This document shows, piece after piece, positions 63,596 through 64,000 of a stretch of DNA of 64,000 nucleotides; the stretch's first letter is position 1; the number at the start of each line of letters is the position of its first letter. Position numbers and translations under genes: made by a program. Source of the stretch: Chiloscyllium plagiosum (taxonomy: Eukaryota); the NCBI RefSeq assembly GCF_004010195.1, contig NC_057750.1, forward strand, positions 18,514,542 through 18,578,541, read 5' to 3'. A model generated the notes under the pieces. That model worked only from the letters and a program-made list of their open reading frames with translations, did no database searches and was not told the origin of the DNA.

Positions 63596-63634
63596 CACAG
63601 TGACTCAGAGAGAGGGAGCAGCTCAACAAAAACC
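63596..63634 (+). promoter_or_regulatory. 23-RSS of V11
   Basis: CACAGTG-23 nt-ACAAAAACC. Confidence 0.97.
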
Positions 63635-64000
63635 CCCAAAGCAGCAGGAAGCAGCTGTCAACGAGAACACAAGGTTGGGCTGCATCCTGTTGGGTCTTTT
63701 TTCCTGCGGAAGCATGAGTCAGTACAGTAAGAGATGTACATTGACTGAATCGCTGAAAACCCCCAATGTACATGAATTAATCGGAAAAGCAGACGGCTTT
63801 CTGAGGCCTGAAAGAGCTCACTGTTTTGTATATGATTTACAAGTCACACAGATACAGGAGTAGGTCATCCGGTCCCTGAATGCAAGTAACATTGAAAGAA
63901 AATAATTCAGTCTCTTTGTTACTGCTGCAAACAATCAGAAATTGCATTCACTTTCTTTCGAACCATTTATAAAAGAACAGGAGGACGTTCATTCAACTTT

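Noticed and set aside
10071-63634. Alternative identity as IgH, IgNAR, NAR-TCR or Ig light-chain V genes
   Set aside because: No promoter octamer, no V-D-J-C cluster organisation, no D or J nearby. CAWS/CASS ends and TRBV30-like motifs fit TCR-beta better, though the C region is not in the window.
1-64000. D, J or C segments, trypsinogen genes, CRISPR arrays or prokaryotic systems
   Set aside because: No FGxG J motif with a 12-RSS, no C-domain exon, no protease motifs and no repeat-spacer array were seen. The sequence is vertebrate.

Overview
Vertebrate genomic DNA, most likely from a cartilaginous fish (shark-type CR1 LINEs, tRNA-derived V-SINE/HE1-like SINEs, Penelope and L1-Tx1 elements). 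The window is part of a T-cell receptor variable-gene array, most probably TCR-beta. It holds 11 open-reading-frame V segments, all on the + strand, which I label V1-V11. Each has a short leader exon (34-40 nt), a GT-AG intron, a 292-296 nt V exon ending in Y[YF]C[AG]WS, and a 3' recombination signal (RSS) of the type CACAGTG-23-ACAAAAACC; V4 has a 26-bp spacer. There are also at least 5 V pseudogenes or relics, one ending in the classic TRBV CASS motif and one split by a nested CR1 insertion. No D, J or C segment is visible. The V domains closely resemble mammalian TRBV30/TRBV31, which is single-copy in mammals. Main observations: (1) a perfect AP-1 site fused to the RSS heptamer in 8 of 11 V genes, with near-consensus RSSs; (2) loss of the canonical V-domain Arg-Asp pair, with an N-glycan sequon beside it in 7 of 11; (3) an ETS/E-box motif just 3' of several nonamers; (4) mosaic V exons; (5) palindromic, TSD-flanked Penelope-derived mini-elements carrying minimal hammerhead-ribozyme cores. 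The rest is segmental duplication and decayed transposons. Repeat boundaries are approximate.
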